NCBI GenBank assembly: GCA_028718635.1
Contig: JAQULK010000001.1
Coordinates: forward strand, 396,818-460,817
Source: Minisyncoccota bacterium
Lineage (GTDB): Bacteria; Patescibacteriota; Minisyncoccia; Phycocordibacterales; UBA9973
Length of the DNA: 64,000 bases
Direction: 5' to 3'
Shown one piece after another: positions 46,651 through 55,635 of this stretch (position 1 is the first letter of the stretch; every line of letters starts with the position of its first letter). The notes under the pieces are model-generated. The model was not told where the DNA came from. It worked only from the letters and a program-made list of their open reading frames with translations, and made no database searches. A program made the position numbers and the translations under genes.

Positions 46651-47851
46651 TCTTGTTGCGTCTCAAGAATGCTGGAACAGCGCTCCAGTCATCGCCATCA
46701 TCTTCTATGATATCTTCTTTGGTTTCTTTTTTTTCTATCTTTTTTATAAAATCATTATTGTGGATATTTGTACTGTGGGTATTGTGCAGATTGCTTTGGA
46801 TAGTATTGTGAATTTCTTTTTTTACTACTGCTGGAGTTTCATCTTTTAAAAGCTGGCCTGCTGTTGTTCCACTAAAAAGATTCTTGCGAGGCATATCGGC
46901 AGGGAACGAAGTGGCGATAACAGTGACTTTGATTTCTCCTTTTTTTAATTTTTCATCTCGGATTGTTCCAAAGATTACTTTAGCATCTTTATCGATTGAC
47001 TCTGTGATAATTTTTGCAGCTTCCTGAATTTCATTGATAGTCAAATCATCACCGCCAGAAATAGCAAACAATACTCCCTTGGCGCCGTGGATGGAGACCT
47101 CAAGAAGAGGTGAATTGATAGCGGCCAAAGCTGCTTTTTCAGCACGTTTCTCGCCAGAAGATGCGCCGATACCCATAAGTGCCGAGCCGGCGTTTGACAT
47201 TACAGCTCTAATGTCTGCAAAATCAACATTGATAATACCTGGAGTGGTAATCAAATCGGAAATTCCTTCTACGGCTTGGCGCAAGATATCATCGCATTTT
47301 GCAAAAGCGTCTTTGAAGTTAGTGTTTTTATCAGTCAATTGAAGTAATTTGTCGTTCGGAATAATAATGATCGCATCCACTTCTTTAGCCAAATCCTCAA
47401 TTCCTTTTTCCGCTATTTTCATACGGTGATTTCCTTCAAAAAAGAAAGGCTTGGTAGTGACTGCTACGGTCAAGATTCCTTGTTCTCTCGCTGCGCGAGC
47501 GACGATAGGAGCAGCTCCTGTGCCGGTGCCTCCACCCATTCCACAAGCAAGAAAAATCATGTCCGCCCCTTTGATGACGTCTTGGATTTCAGATTTTGTT
47601 TCTTCGGCTGCCTTTTTCCCAACTTCTGGATCCATGCCTGCGCCAAGACCCTTGGTAAGATTTTTTCCGATATGAATTTTTTTCTCAGCGAGGGAGTGGT
47701 GCAAGTCTTGAGTGTCAGTATTCATACAGATAAAAGAGACACCTTTGACTTTAGAATTTATCATATGGTTCACCGCGTTCTTGCCTGATCCACCGATTCC
47801 GATGACCATAATGCGAGCAAAACTTTGTATTTCTTGGTTTATTTTTGGCAT
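46646..47851 (-). CDS. ftsZ: Cell division protein FtsZ
   Basis: GMGGGTGTG, INVDFAD, C-terminal VPAFLRR. Confidence 0.97.
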   Translation of the reverse strand: MPKINQEIQSFARIMVIGIGGSGKNAVNHMINSKVKGVSFICMNTDTQDLHHSLAEKKIHIGKNLTKGLGAGMDPEVGKKAAEETKSEIQDVIKGADMIFLACGMGGGTGTGAAPIVARAAREQGILTVAVTTKPFFFEGNHRMKIAEKGIEDLAKEVDAIIIIPNDKLLQLTDKNTNFKDAFAKCDDILRQAVEGISDLITTPGIINVDFADIRAVMSNAGSALMGIGASSGEKRAEKAALAAINSPLLEVSIHGAKGVLFAISGGDDLTINEIQEAAKIITESIDKDAKVIFGTIRDEKLKKGEIKVTVIATSFPADMPRKNLFSGTTAGQLLKDETPAVVKKEIHNTIQSNLHNTHSTNIHNNDFIKKIEKKETKEDIIEDDGDDWSAVPAFLRRNKK

Positions 47852-47950
47852 ATTTTATACTTAAAAATGATTAGGTTTATATAGAATCATACTAGCACTA
47901 GCGCAAAAAAAAGCAAACCCCCACAACTTATGAAATAAGTGTGGGGCAAC

Positions 47951-49114
47951 CTACGGCATCAATTGCTTGAGGTTTGATTTTAAAAGGTTTTTGAAATCTT
48001 TGAAAAGATTACCCAAAGAGCTGTCGGAATAACTGTCGCCGTCCTTGCCGGAAGAGAGAAGGCCAATAGCGGTGAAATAAGACGGGTCGCGAAGTTTTGT
48101 CTTGGCATTGCCGAAGATTTCTATAGCGCCAATATTCGATGGAAGCTTGAGAATCGATTTTGATAATTCTGTCAAACGAGGAGTATTTGCTCCGCCGCCT
48201 ACGAATACTATGCCCGCCGGCAAGAGTTCTGATCTTTTTATTTTTCTTAAATTATTTTCTATTGATTCAAAAATATCGCACAATCGCGCTTCGATAATCT
48301 CATCGAGTTTTTTCTTAGAAAATTCTCCCGTATCGTTTCCGAGTTTTAAAGCTTCCGCTTTCTCTAGTGGGATTTTAAAACCAAGAGCGATGTCGTTGGT
48401 TATTTTATTCGAGCCTATAAGAAAGGTGCTCATTGATACCAATAATCCATTTTCAAAAACAGAAAGGGAAGTCGTCTGGTCTCCGATGTCTACCAATGCC
48501 ACTCCCACGATTTTTTGTTTTTCTGACAAGGCTATGTCCGCAATGGCGACCGGCGATGCTATGACATCCAAGGTATCGACTCCGGCTTCTGCAATAGCTT
48601 TTACCAAATCTTCTAAATATACGATAGAATAAGTGACAAAAAGAGTTTTAACTTCAAGCTTCGTTCCAAACATTCCCTCTAATCTTCCCAGCACTTCTTT
48701 TCCATCAAGCCTGAAAGTTTGCGGATAAATATGAATGATTTTTTTATTGCTTAGGTTTAAATTGTTTTCACAATCTTGAACGGCTTTATTGATGTCGAGA
48801 GCAGTTACTTCGCCGTTTGCTTTTGAAATAATTGTTTCCCCTGAACTTGCGATGCTCTGCAAAGTGGCGCCAGAGATCGAAACAAAGCATCGTTTGATTT
48901 TTAGGCCGGAAGTTTTTTCAGCCATCTTCACGGCAGAACTTACCGAAGCGGTTACGAGAGAAGAGTTTACGACATAACCATTCCGCATGCCGAGCGTCAC
49001 ACTTTCACCCATACCAATAATTTTAGGATTTTTTTCTCCCTTGATGAATTCTCCGACTACGACTCGCGTCATGGACGATCCCACGTCTATGCCTACCGAA
49101 ATATTTCTTATCAT
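47951..49114 (-). CDS. ftsA: Cell division protein FtsA
   Basis: GIDVGSS, VDIG..TT, GGGA; upstream of ftsZ. Confidence 0.93.
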   Translation of the reverse strand: MIRNISVGIDVGSSMTRVVVGEFIKGEKNPKIIGMGESVTLGMRNGYVVNSSLVTASVSSAVKMAEKTSGLKIKRCFVSISGATLQSIASSGETIISKANGEVTALDINKAVQDCENNLNLSNKKIIHIYPQTFRLDGKEVLGRLEGMFGTKLEVKTLFVTYSIVYLEDLVKAIAEAGVDTLDVIASPVAIADIALSEKQKIVGVALVDIGDQTTSLSVFENGLLVSMSTFLIGSNKITNDIALGFKIPLEKAEALKLGNDTGEFSKKKLDEIIEARLCDIFESIENNLRKIKRSELLPAGIVFVGGGANTPRLTELSKSILKLPSNIGAIEIFGNAKTKLRDPSYFTAIGLLSSGKDGDSYSDSSLGNLFKDFKNLLKSNLKQLMP

Positions 49115-49175
49115 CCCGATACTAAAATTTTAACTTTTAATACCCTTATTATATCACTTTCTCAAAAATTAGGCG

Positions 49176-49556
49176 CTAGCCGTTACGGGATAAATATTTT
49201 TCTTCCATTTCTTCCATTTTCGAGCCGTGTTCATATCCTTTTAGATGCAGCATTCCGTGGATAACTAAAAAGCCCAAAAAGTCGCTGAAAGTTTTGTTAA
49301 AATTTTTAGCCTCCTTTTTTATAACAGCGGGGCACAATATTATTTCTCCTTCATTTTTACTTAACAAAAAAGATAAAATGTTTGTGGGTTTATTTTTGTT
49401 CCTATATTTTTTATTTATTTCTTTAGAAGTTTTTTCATCGACGCAAGCGATGGACAAGGAATATTTCTTACCTAAAATATCTTCTTTTAAAAGTACAAAA
49501 GGCAAGCGAGGAAGCTTGCCTTTTGTTTTGTTTATTAAAGAAAAATTCTCCTCCAT
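49176..49556 (-). CDS. ybeY: rRNA maturation endoribonuclease YbeY
   Basis: N..YR.K.KPT.ILSF, HGMLHLKGYEH. Confidence 0.92.
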   Translation of the reverse strand: MEENFSLINKTKGKLPRLPFVLLKEDILGKKYSLSIACVDEKTSKEINKKYRNKNKPTNILSFLLSKNEGEIILCPAVIKKEAKNFNKTFSDFLGFLVIHGMLHLKGYEHGSKMEEMEEKYLSRNG

Positions 49557-49560
49557 GTTT

Positions 49561-49794
49561 TTACTTAGATATCATTTTGCCCAGTTTGCGAAGCTTCTCT
49601 ATTTCTTTTCTTCTGCTGATTTTCTTTAGAGCGCCTTTTTTTAATTTAAGTTTTGATTCTTTTCTCAAATTATAGCGAGAACCTTTGACTTTGCGAATGA
49701 TGCCGGATTCTTGAATCTTGCGCGAAAAACGGCGCAAGACGCTCGAATTGTTTTCGTTCGGATTTTTTCTCACTTCAATTACTGTTTTTGCCAT
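49561..49794 (-). CDS. rpsU: 30S ribosomal protein S21
   Basis: V.K..NE..S.LRRF.RK....G, highly basic. Confidence 0.7.
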   Translation of the reverse strand: MAKTVIEVRKNPNENNSSVLRRFSRKIQESGIIRKVKGSRYNLRKESKLKLKKGALKKISRRKEIEKLRKLGKMISK

Positions 49795-49851
49795 AACCTA
49801 CACTATCATATAATTGACTCTTTTGTCAAAAAAAGATAAGATATTCAAATA

Positions 49852-50319
49852 ATGCAACAAACAGCGGATTATATAACCGAAGAAAAAAAGCAAATGCTTT
49901 TAGCGGAGTTGAAAGATTTAAAAGGTCCTAAAAGGAAAGAAATTTTGCAAAATTTGGAGTACGCAAAATCACTTGGGGATTTATCAGAAAATGCAGAATA
50001 TCATCAATCTCGCGAAGATCAAGGCAAACTAGAAGCGCGTATCGCTAAAATAGAGCAGATTTTACAATCCTCCCAAGTCGTCAAAGGTGGAGGAGGAGAT
50101 GTGGTTAGTATTGGCTCTAATGTAATAGTCCAAAAAGTTGGTACCAAAGAAGAGAAAAACTATATCATAGTCGGGTCAGAAGAAGCAGATATGGCATCGG
50201 GGAAAATTTCTAATCGTTCCCCTGTAGGGACTGCGCTTTTTGGAAAAAAGAAAGGCGACAATGTTTCTTTTCAAACTCCGAACGGCTTGGTTAATTATAA
50301 AATCATTAATGTATCTTAA
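49852..50319 (+). CDS. greA: Transcription elongation factor GreA
   Basis: GDLSENAEY, IS..SPVG.AL.GK. Confidence 0.95.
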   Translation: MQQTADYITEEKKQMLLAELKDLKGPKRKEILQNLEYAKSLGDLSENAEYHQSREDQGKLEARIAKIEQILQSSQVVKGGGGDVVSIGSNVIVQKVGTKEEKNYIIVGSEEADMASGKISNRSPVGTALFGKKKGDNVSFQTPNGLVNYKIINVS

Positions 50320-51779
50320 TGTCTTCAATTGATGAAATTAGGGACGCTCGAATAAAAAAACTCGAACTTTTAAAAAAGAAAGGGCATGAGGCGTATCCCG
50401 CAAATTCAAAAAGAGAAATTTCTTTGAAGGATGCAGTTGATGATTTTGAAAATCTTGAGAAAGAAAAACAAGCAAAATGGATTGCCGGTAGAATAATGTC
50501 TATTCGTGGACAGGGGGCAATTATTTTTATTACCTTGAATGATGGTACTGGACTCTTCCAAGGACTTTTGAAAAAAGATGTTCTTGGCGATGAGAAATTC
50601 GATTTTTGGAATGAAGTGGTTGATATTGGAGATTTTGTAGAAATCCAAGGAACTTTTTTTACGACTAAAAGAGGAGAGAAAACATTAGAAGCAAAAGATT
50701 GGCGGATGCTCTCAAAGAGTTTGCGCCCGCTTCCCGAAAAATGGCATGGATTAGTGGATGTGGAAGAAAGATTCCGCAAAAGATATTTGGATATTTTAAT
50801 GAATCCTGAGATAAAGGATCTTTTTGAAAAAAAAGCAAAATTTTGGGATGTTGTGCGTAATTTTATGAAAGAAAAAGGTTTTTTAGAAGTTGAAACTCCA
50901 ACTTTAGAAACTACGACCGGTGGAGCAGAGGCCACTCCTTTTAAAACCCACCATAATGATTATGATTTAGATGTTTATTTGCGTATTTCTGTTGGTGAAT
51001 TATGGCAAAAGAGATTGATGGCAGCTGGTTTTCCTAAAACTTTTGAAATTGGCAGAGTTTATAGAAACGAAGGCACTAGTCCAGAACATGCTCAAGAATT
51101 TACCAATATGGAGTTTTACTGGGCCTTTGCTAATTATAATGATGGCATGAAACTGGTTCGAGAAATGTATATTAAAATTGCTAAAGAAGTTTTCGGTACG
51201 ACAAAATTTACTGTGCACAAACATACTTTTGATTTAGCTGATGAATGGGAGAAGATTGACTATGTTTCTAAAATAAAAGAAATGACAGGAATTGATATTT
51301 TTAAAGCCAGTGAAAAAGATATAAAGGAAAAACTTAACAAGCTTGGTGTAAAATATGATGGAGACAATAAGGAACGTTTGATCGATTCACTTTGGAAATA
51401 TTGTCGTAAACAGATTTCTGGTCCAGCTTTTCTTGTTCATCATCCTGTGTTGGTTGCACCGCTTGCAAAAATAAATCGAGAGGATTCTCTTACCACTGAA
51501 CGATTTATGCCTATTATTGCTGGTAGTGAAGTAGGGAATGGATATTCAGAATTAAATGATCCGATTGATCAAAGGGAGAGATTTGAATCTCAGCAGAAGA
51601 TGTTGGATAAAGGGGATACTGAAGCCATGATGCCAGACGATGAATTTGTAGAAATGCTTGAGTATGGTATGCCTCCAACTTGCGGGTTTGGTTTTGGTGA
51701 AAGACTTTTTTCTATTCTATTAAACAAGCCTCTTCGCGAAACTCAAATGTTTCCACTAATGAAACCAATTAAAGAATAA
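50319..51779 (+). CDS. lysS: Lysine-tRNA ligase class II
   Basis: PLPEKWHGL, GGAEATPFKTH, YRNEG, YGMPP. Confidence 0.96.
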   Translation: MSSIDEIRDARIKKLELLKKKGHEAYPANSKREISLKDAVDDFENLEKEKQAKWIAGRIMSIRGQGAIIFITLNDGTGLFQGLLKKDVLGDEKFDFWNEVVDIGDFVEIQGTFFTTKRGEKTLEAKDWRMLSKSLRPLPEKWHGLVDVEERFRKRYLDILMNPEIKDLFEKKAKFWDVVRNFMKEKGFLEVETPTLETTTGGAEATPFKTHHNDYDLDVYLRISVGELWQKRLMAAGFPKTFEIGRVYRNEGTSPEHAQEFTNMEFYWAFANYNDGMKLVREMYIKIAKEVFGTTKFTVHKHTFDLADEWEKIDYVSKIKEMTGIDIFKASEKDIKEKLNKLGVKYDGDNKERLIDSLWKYCRKQISGPAFLVHHPVLVAPLAKINREDSLTTERFMPIIAGSEVGNGYSELNDPIDQRERFESQQKMLDKGDTEAMMPDDEFVEMLEYGMPPTCGFGFGERLFSILLNKPLRETQMFPLMKPIKE

Positions 51780-51792
51780 ATTAAAAATTATT

Positions 51793-51826
51793 ATAAAAAA
51801 CCATCAATAAATTGATGGTTTTTTAT
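51793..51826 (+). terminator. Bidirectional-type terminator after lysS
   Basis: aaaaaaccatcaat-aa-attgatggtttttt. Confidence 0.7.
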
Positions 51827-51902
51827 TGTTATTAAGAACTACAAAGTTATCCACAGGGGAGGGGTTGGAGGTATTTTTTTAGTGGTTTATAATGTATATC
51901 AG

Positions 51903-51917
51903 GTGGGAAAAAGTGGG
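51903..51917 (+). promoter_or_regulatory. Probable MraZ-binding repeats
   Basis: GTGGG repeated with 10-bp period just downstream of a TATAAT, upstream of mraZ. Confidence 0.6.
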
Positions 51918-52048
51918 AAATTTTAAGAAGCGACAGCGACTGTAAAATTTCACCACCCTGTTAAATAATTTTTACAAAGCAAAAATTGCCAAAAGGCATT
52001 TAACAGGGTAAAGATTTTTATGTTCACTTTCCTCTCTAAAAATCATTT

Positions 52049-52492
52049 ATGTTAATTGGCGAATACATACACACAATAGATGAAAAGAATAGAATGTCTT
52101 TGCCAGCAAAGTTTCGCAAAGAGCTCGGCAAGAAAATAATTATCACCCCAGGACTCGGACAATGCTTGTTCATTTTTACAAGTAAAGAATGGGAAAAAGT
52201 AAGCAAGAAACTTTCTGATTCAGACAACGACCTTTCATTTTTAAAAGCAGATCAAAGAAATTTTAATAGATATATGTTTGGACGGGCGGCAGAAATAGAG
52301 ATAGATTCGATCGGCAGAATTTTGATTCCAGATTTTCTGAAAGAAAGAATCGGACTCAAAAATACGGCAGCGATCGTGGGAGTCAAAGACAGAGTAGAAG
52401 TTTGGAGCGAGAAGAAGTGGTCAGAGGAAAAAGCGTTAGTAGAGAAGCAAGCAGAAGCATTAGCAGAGAAGCTCGGAAACGACGGAAAATAA
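52049..52492 (+). CDS. mraZ: Transcriptional regulator MraZ
   Basis: GEY.HTIDEKNR..LP, D..GRILIP. Confidence 0.95.
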   Translation: MLIGEYIHTIDEKNRMSLPAKFRKELGKKIIITPGLGQCLFIFTSKEWEKVSKKLSDSDNDLSFLKADQRNFNRYMFGRAAEIEIDSIGRILIPDFLKERIGLKNTAAIVGVKDRVEVWSEKKWSEEKALVEKQAEALAEKLGNDGK

Positions 52493-52493
52493 G

Positions 52494-53390
52494 ATGGCCT
52501 CGCCTATAGGACAACGGCCGAAGGAGAGTATACACCAGACAGTTCTTTTAAATGAAACAATAGAAGGTTTGAACTTGAAAATAGATTCTGTCGTTTTGGA
52601 TTGCACTTTTGGGGGAGGCGGACATAGCCTCGAGATCTTAAAAAGATTTCCAAAAGTGAAAATTATTGCGCTTGATCAAGACAAAGGTGTGTGGAGAAAT
52701 AATGATAAGAGAATTTCTTTTCATAATGAAAATTTTTCCAATCTAGATAAAGTATTGAAGGAAGAAAAAGTGGATGGCATTATCTTTGATTTAGGTTTGA
52801 GTTCTGACCAATTGGAAAATTCTGGACGAGGATTTTCTTTTATGAAAAATGAGCCTTTGCTTATGACCATGAAAGAAAATCCTCAGGCAGAAGATCTCAC
52901 TGCGATGGATATCGTAAACACATGGAATGAGAAAAGTTTGGCTGACATTATTTATGGTTACGGAGAAGAAAGATACAGCAGAAGGATAGCCAAAGGAATC
53001 GTGGAAGCAAGAAAGAAAGGAAAGATAGAGACGACCTTCGATTTAGTAAAGATAATCAGCGAGTCAGTTCCAGCATCATATAAAAGAGGGAGATTGCATC
53101 CAGCCACCAAAACATTTCAAGCATTACGAATCGCAGTCAATGATGAGTTAGGAGTTTTAAAAGATGGTTTGGAAAAAGGATTTGGCAAATTAAAGACGGG
53201 TGGAAGGATGGCAGTAATTTCTTTCCATAGCCTAGAAGACAGGATAGTAAAAAGATTTTATAAAGAATTAGAAAAAGAAGGAAAAGTAAAATTAATAAAT
53301 AAGAAAATCATTTTAGCAAGCGATGAAGAGTTAAAAAATAATCCCCGATCAAGAAGCGCAAAATTAAGAGTTATGGAAAAAATAAAATAA
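52494..53390 (+). CDS. rsmH: 16S rRNA m4C1402 methyltransferase
   Basis: DCTFGGGGHS, DLGLSS, TFQALRIAVN, NPRSRSAKLR. Confidence 0.96.
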   Translation: MASPIGQRPKESIHQTVLLNETIEGLNLKIDSVVLDCTFGGGGHSLEILKRFPKVKIIALDQDKGVWRNNDKRISFHNENFSNLDKVLKEEKVDGIIFDLGLSSDQLENSGRGFSFMKNEPLLMTMKENPQAEDLTAMDIVNTWNEKSLADIIYGYGEERYSRRIAKGIVEARKKGKIETTFDLVKIISESVPASYKRGRLHPATKTFQALRIAVNDELGVLKDGLEKGFGKLKTGGRMAVISFHSLEDRIVKRFYKELEKEGKVKLINKKIILASDEELKNNPRSRSAKLRVMEKIK

Positions 53391-53800
53391 TGAGACAAGC
53401 AACCTTACAATTAAAAACACGAATATCCAATGTAAATATTATGAACAATAATATTGAAATTAAAAAAAATATTTTGTATACAATGATCTTTATTTTTGCG
53501 GGTTTGGCGCTTTTTTATGTATTTATTTTGGGAAACATGGTTTTCAACATTGTGGAAAGAAGAAATTTAGAAAAAGAAATGCTTTCTTTGTCCAATGAGG
53601 TGGGCAACTTACAAGTTTCTTATTTAGCTGTTTCAAATAGTGTTGATATGAATCTTTCATCTTCTATGGGATTTAAGGAAACCAAGGCAACTTTTGCCAC
53701 TCGAAAAACCCTCGGCCGTAGCCCTACGGGCGAGGCTCTCGGATTCAATGCAAGCAGTGATCATCTTGGAAACGTAAAATTTGCCAATAATGAAATCTAG
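53390..53800 (+). CDS. FtsL-like bitopic protein
   Basis: TM + coiled coil, position between rsmH and PBP. Confidence 0.6.
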   Translation: MRQATLQLKTRISNVNIMNNNIEIKKNILYTMIFIFAGLALFYVFILGNMVFNIVERRNLEKEMLSLSNEVGNLQVSYLAVSNSVDMNLSSSMGFKETKATFATRKTLGRSPTGEALGFNASSDHLGNVKFANNEI

Positions 53801-55508
53801 TTTTGTTTTTAGATCCAGAATAATTCTTCTTTTTGTTTTGATTTTTGCCGGTGTGCTCGTAACAAAACTTTTTTTTGTGCAATTAGTACATAGCAATACT
53901 TATTCAGAAACCGCAGATCGCCAATATTCCACGCCTTCATCCAATATTTTTGAACGCGGAACTATTTATTTTGTACGCAAAGATGGAGCGCTTGTTCCGG
54001 CTGCGATCCAAACTGCCGGTTTTAAAATGGCTATCAATCCAAATAAAATTACCAATGGAGAAGCTGTCTATAAAAAATTATCAAAAATAGCAACTTTTGA
54101 TTACACGAATTTTATATTAAGAGCAGGACAAAAGAATGATCCATATGAAGAGATAGCGAACCATCTTTCTAAAGAACAAGCTGATGCCATCTCAGCATTA
54201 AAAATTCCCGGAGTAAATATTTTTAAAGAAAAATGGCGTTTTTACCCTGGAGGCAATTTGGCTGCGCACGCGCTCGGCTTTGTGGGGTATAAAGGTGATG
54301 AATTGGGAGGGCGTTATGGGCTTGAAAGGCAATATGATTCCATCCTTGCCCGAAACGTGGACAATCCTTATGTTAATTTTTTTGCTGAAGTTTTCTCCAA
54401 TATTAATGAAACTTTGTTTGAAAAAAATAAAGTGGCAGAGGGGGACATCGTGACGACAATCGAGCCTCAAGTTCAAAGTTTTTTAGAAAAAAAATTGGCT
54501 GAAGTAAAGAATAAATATCAGATTGATTCTGTCGGTGGAATAATTATGAATCCTATGGACGGATCCATCTATGCGCTCGGAGCGCTACCTTCTTTTGATC
54601 CGAATAATTTTGCTCAAAATAAAACTGTCTTAGTTTTCTCGGATCCATTAGTAGAAAATGTTTTAGAGTTTGGTTCCGTGGTTAAACCTTTAGTTATGGC
54701 ATCTGCTCTGGACGCAAAAGTAGTCACTGCCAACACGACGTACAACGATAAAGGCGAAGTTACTGTCGAAAAACACCAAATATTTAATTTCGATAAAAAA
54801 GGCAGAGGCCTAGGCACTACTATGCAGGATGTTCTTAATCAATCTCTCAACACCGGTATGGTTTTTGTAGAACAGAAATTAGGTAAAGTAAAATTACGCG
54901 ATTATTTATTGAGTTTTGGCATTAAAGATAAAACTGGGATAGATCTGCCGAATGAAACCTCGGGACTTGTTTCTGGGATACTGACTAGTCCTCGCGAGAT
55001 CGAGTATGCCAATGCGGCTTTTGGACAAGGAATTGCTTTTACCCCATTTGAATTAATTCGAGCTTTAGCCTCTCTTAGTAATGGCGGTAATTTAGTTACT
55101 CCTCATCTTGTTTCTGAAATAAAATATACTGATGGGACTTCTAAGAAAATTACTTATTCGGCAATTCCTACAAAAATTACCAAAGCCTCCTCGGAAGAGA
55201 TAACCAGAATGCTGGTGCAAGTTATGGATAAAGGAATAGCTGGAGATTCGAAAAAACTTGAGCATTTTAGCGTAGCAGCCAAGACAGGTACGGCGCAAGT
55301 TGCGGATAATCTAAATGGAGGATATTATAAAGATAGGCATAACCATTCTTTTGTAGGTTATTTCCCCGCTTACGATCCTAAATTTATAGTTTTTCTTTAT
55401 GCCATAAATCCTAAAGGGGTGCTTTATTCTGCTACGACTTGGACGGATCCTTTTTTGGAAATTGCGAAATTTTTATTAAATTATTACAATGTTCCGCCGG
55501 ATAGGTAA
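53790..55508 (+). CDS. ftsI: Class B penicillin-binding protein (FtsI-like)
   Basis: RG.IY, GSVVK, SLN, KTGTAQ. Confidence 0.88.
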   Translation: MKSSFVFRSRIILLFVLIFAGVLVTKLFFVQLVHSNTYSETADRQYSTPSSNIFERGTIYFVRKDGALVPAAIQTAGFKMAINPNKITNGEAVYKKLSKIATFDYTNFILRAGQKNDPYEEIANHLSKEQADAISALKIPGVNIFKEKWRFYPGGNLAAHALGFVGYKGDELGGRYGLERQYDSILARNVDNPYVNFFAEVFSNINETLFEKNKVAEGDIVTTIEPQVQSFLEKKLAEVKNKYQIDSVGGIIMNPMDGSIYALGALPSFDPNNFAQNKTVLVFSDPLVENVLEFGSVVKPLVMASALDAKVVTANTTYNDKGEVTVEKHQIFNFDKKGRGLGTTMQDVLNQSLNTGMVFVEQKLGKVKLRDYLLSFGIKDKTGIDLPNETSGLVSGILTSPREIEYANAAFGQGIAFTPFELIRALASLSNGGNLVTPHLVSEIKYTDGTSKKITYSAIPTKITKASSEEITRMLVQVMDKGIAGDSKKLEHFSVAAKTGTAQVADNLNGGYYKDRHNHSFVGYFPAYDPKFIVFLYAINPKGVLYSATTWTDPFLEIAKFLLNYYNVPPDR

Positions 55509-55519
55509 TAGGATATGAA

Positions 55520-55635
55520 TCCCGAACGAAATCGCGGACGCATAAAATAAATAAATTTATGAAATTGATTAAAGATATTTTTAATAGTAAAACAAAGGAA
55601 AAAGCGTAAGCGTACGCGTCCTATTTCGTACGGGA
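55520..55635. mobile_element. Start-codon-associated MITE-like element before murF
   Basis: tcccgaacgaaat/atttcgtacggga; TGAA on both flanks. Confidence 0.8.
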
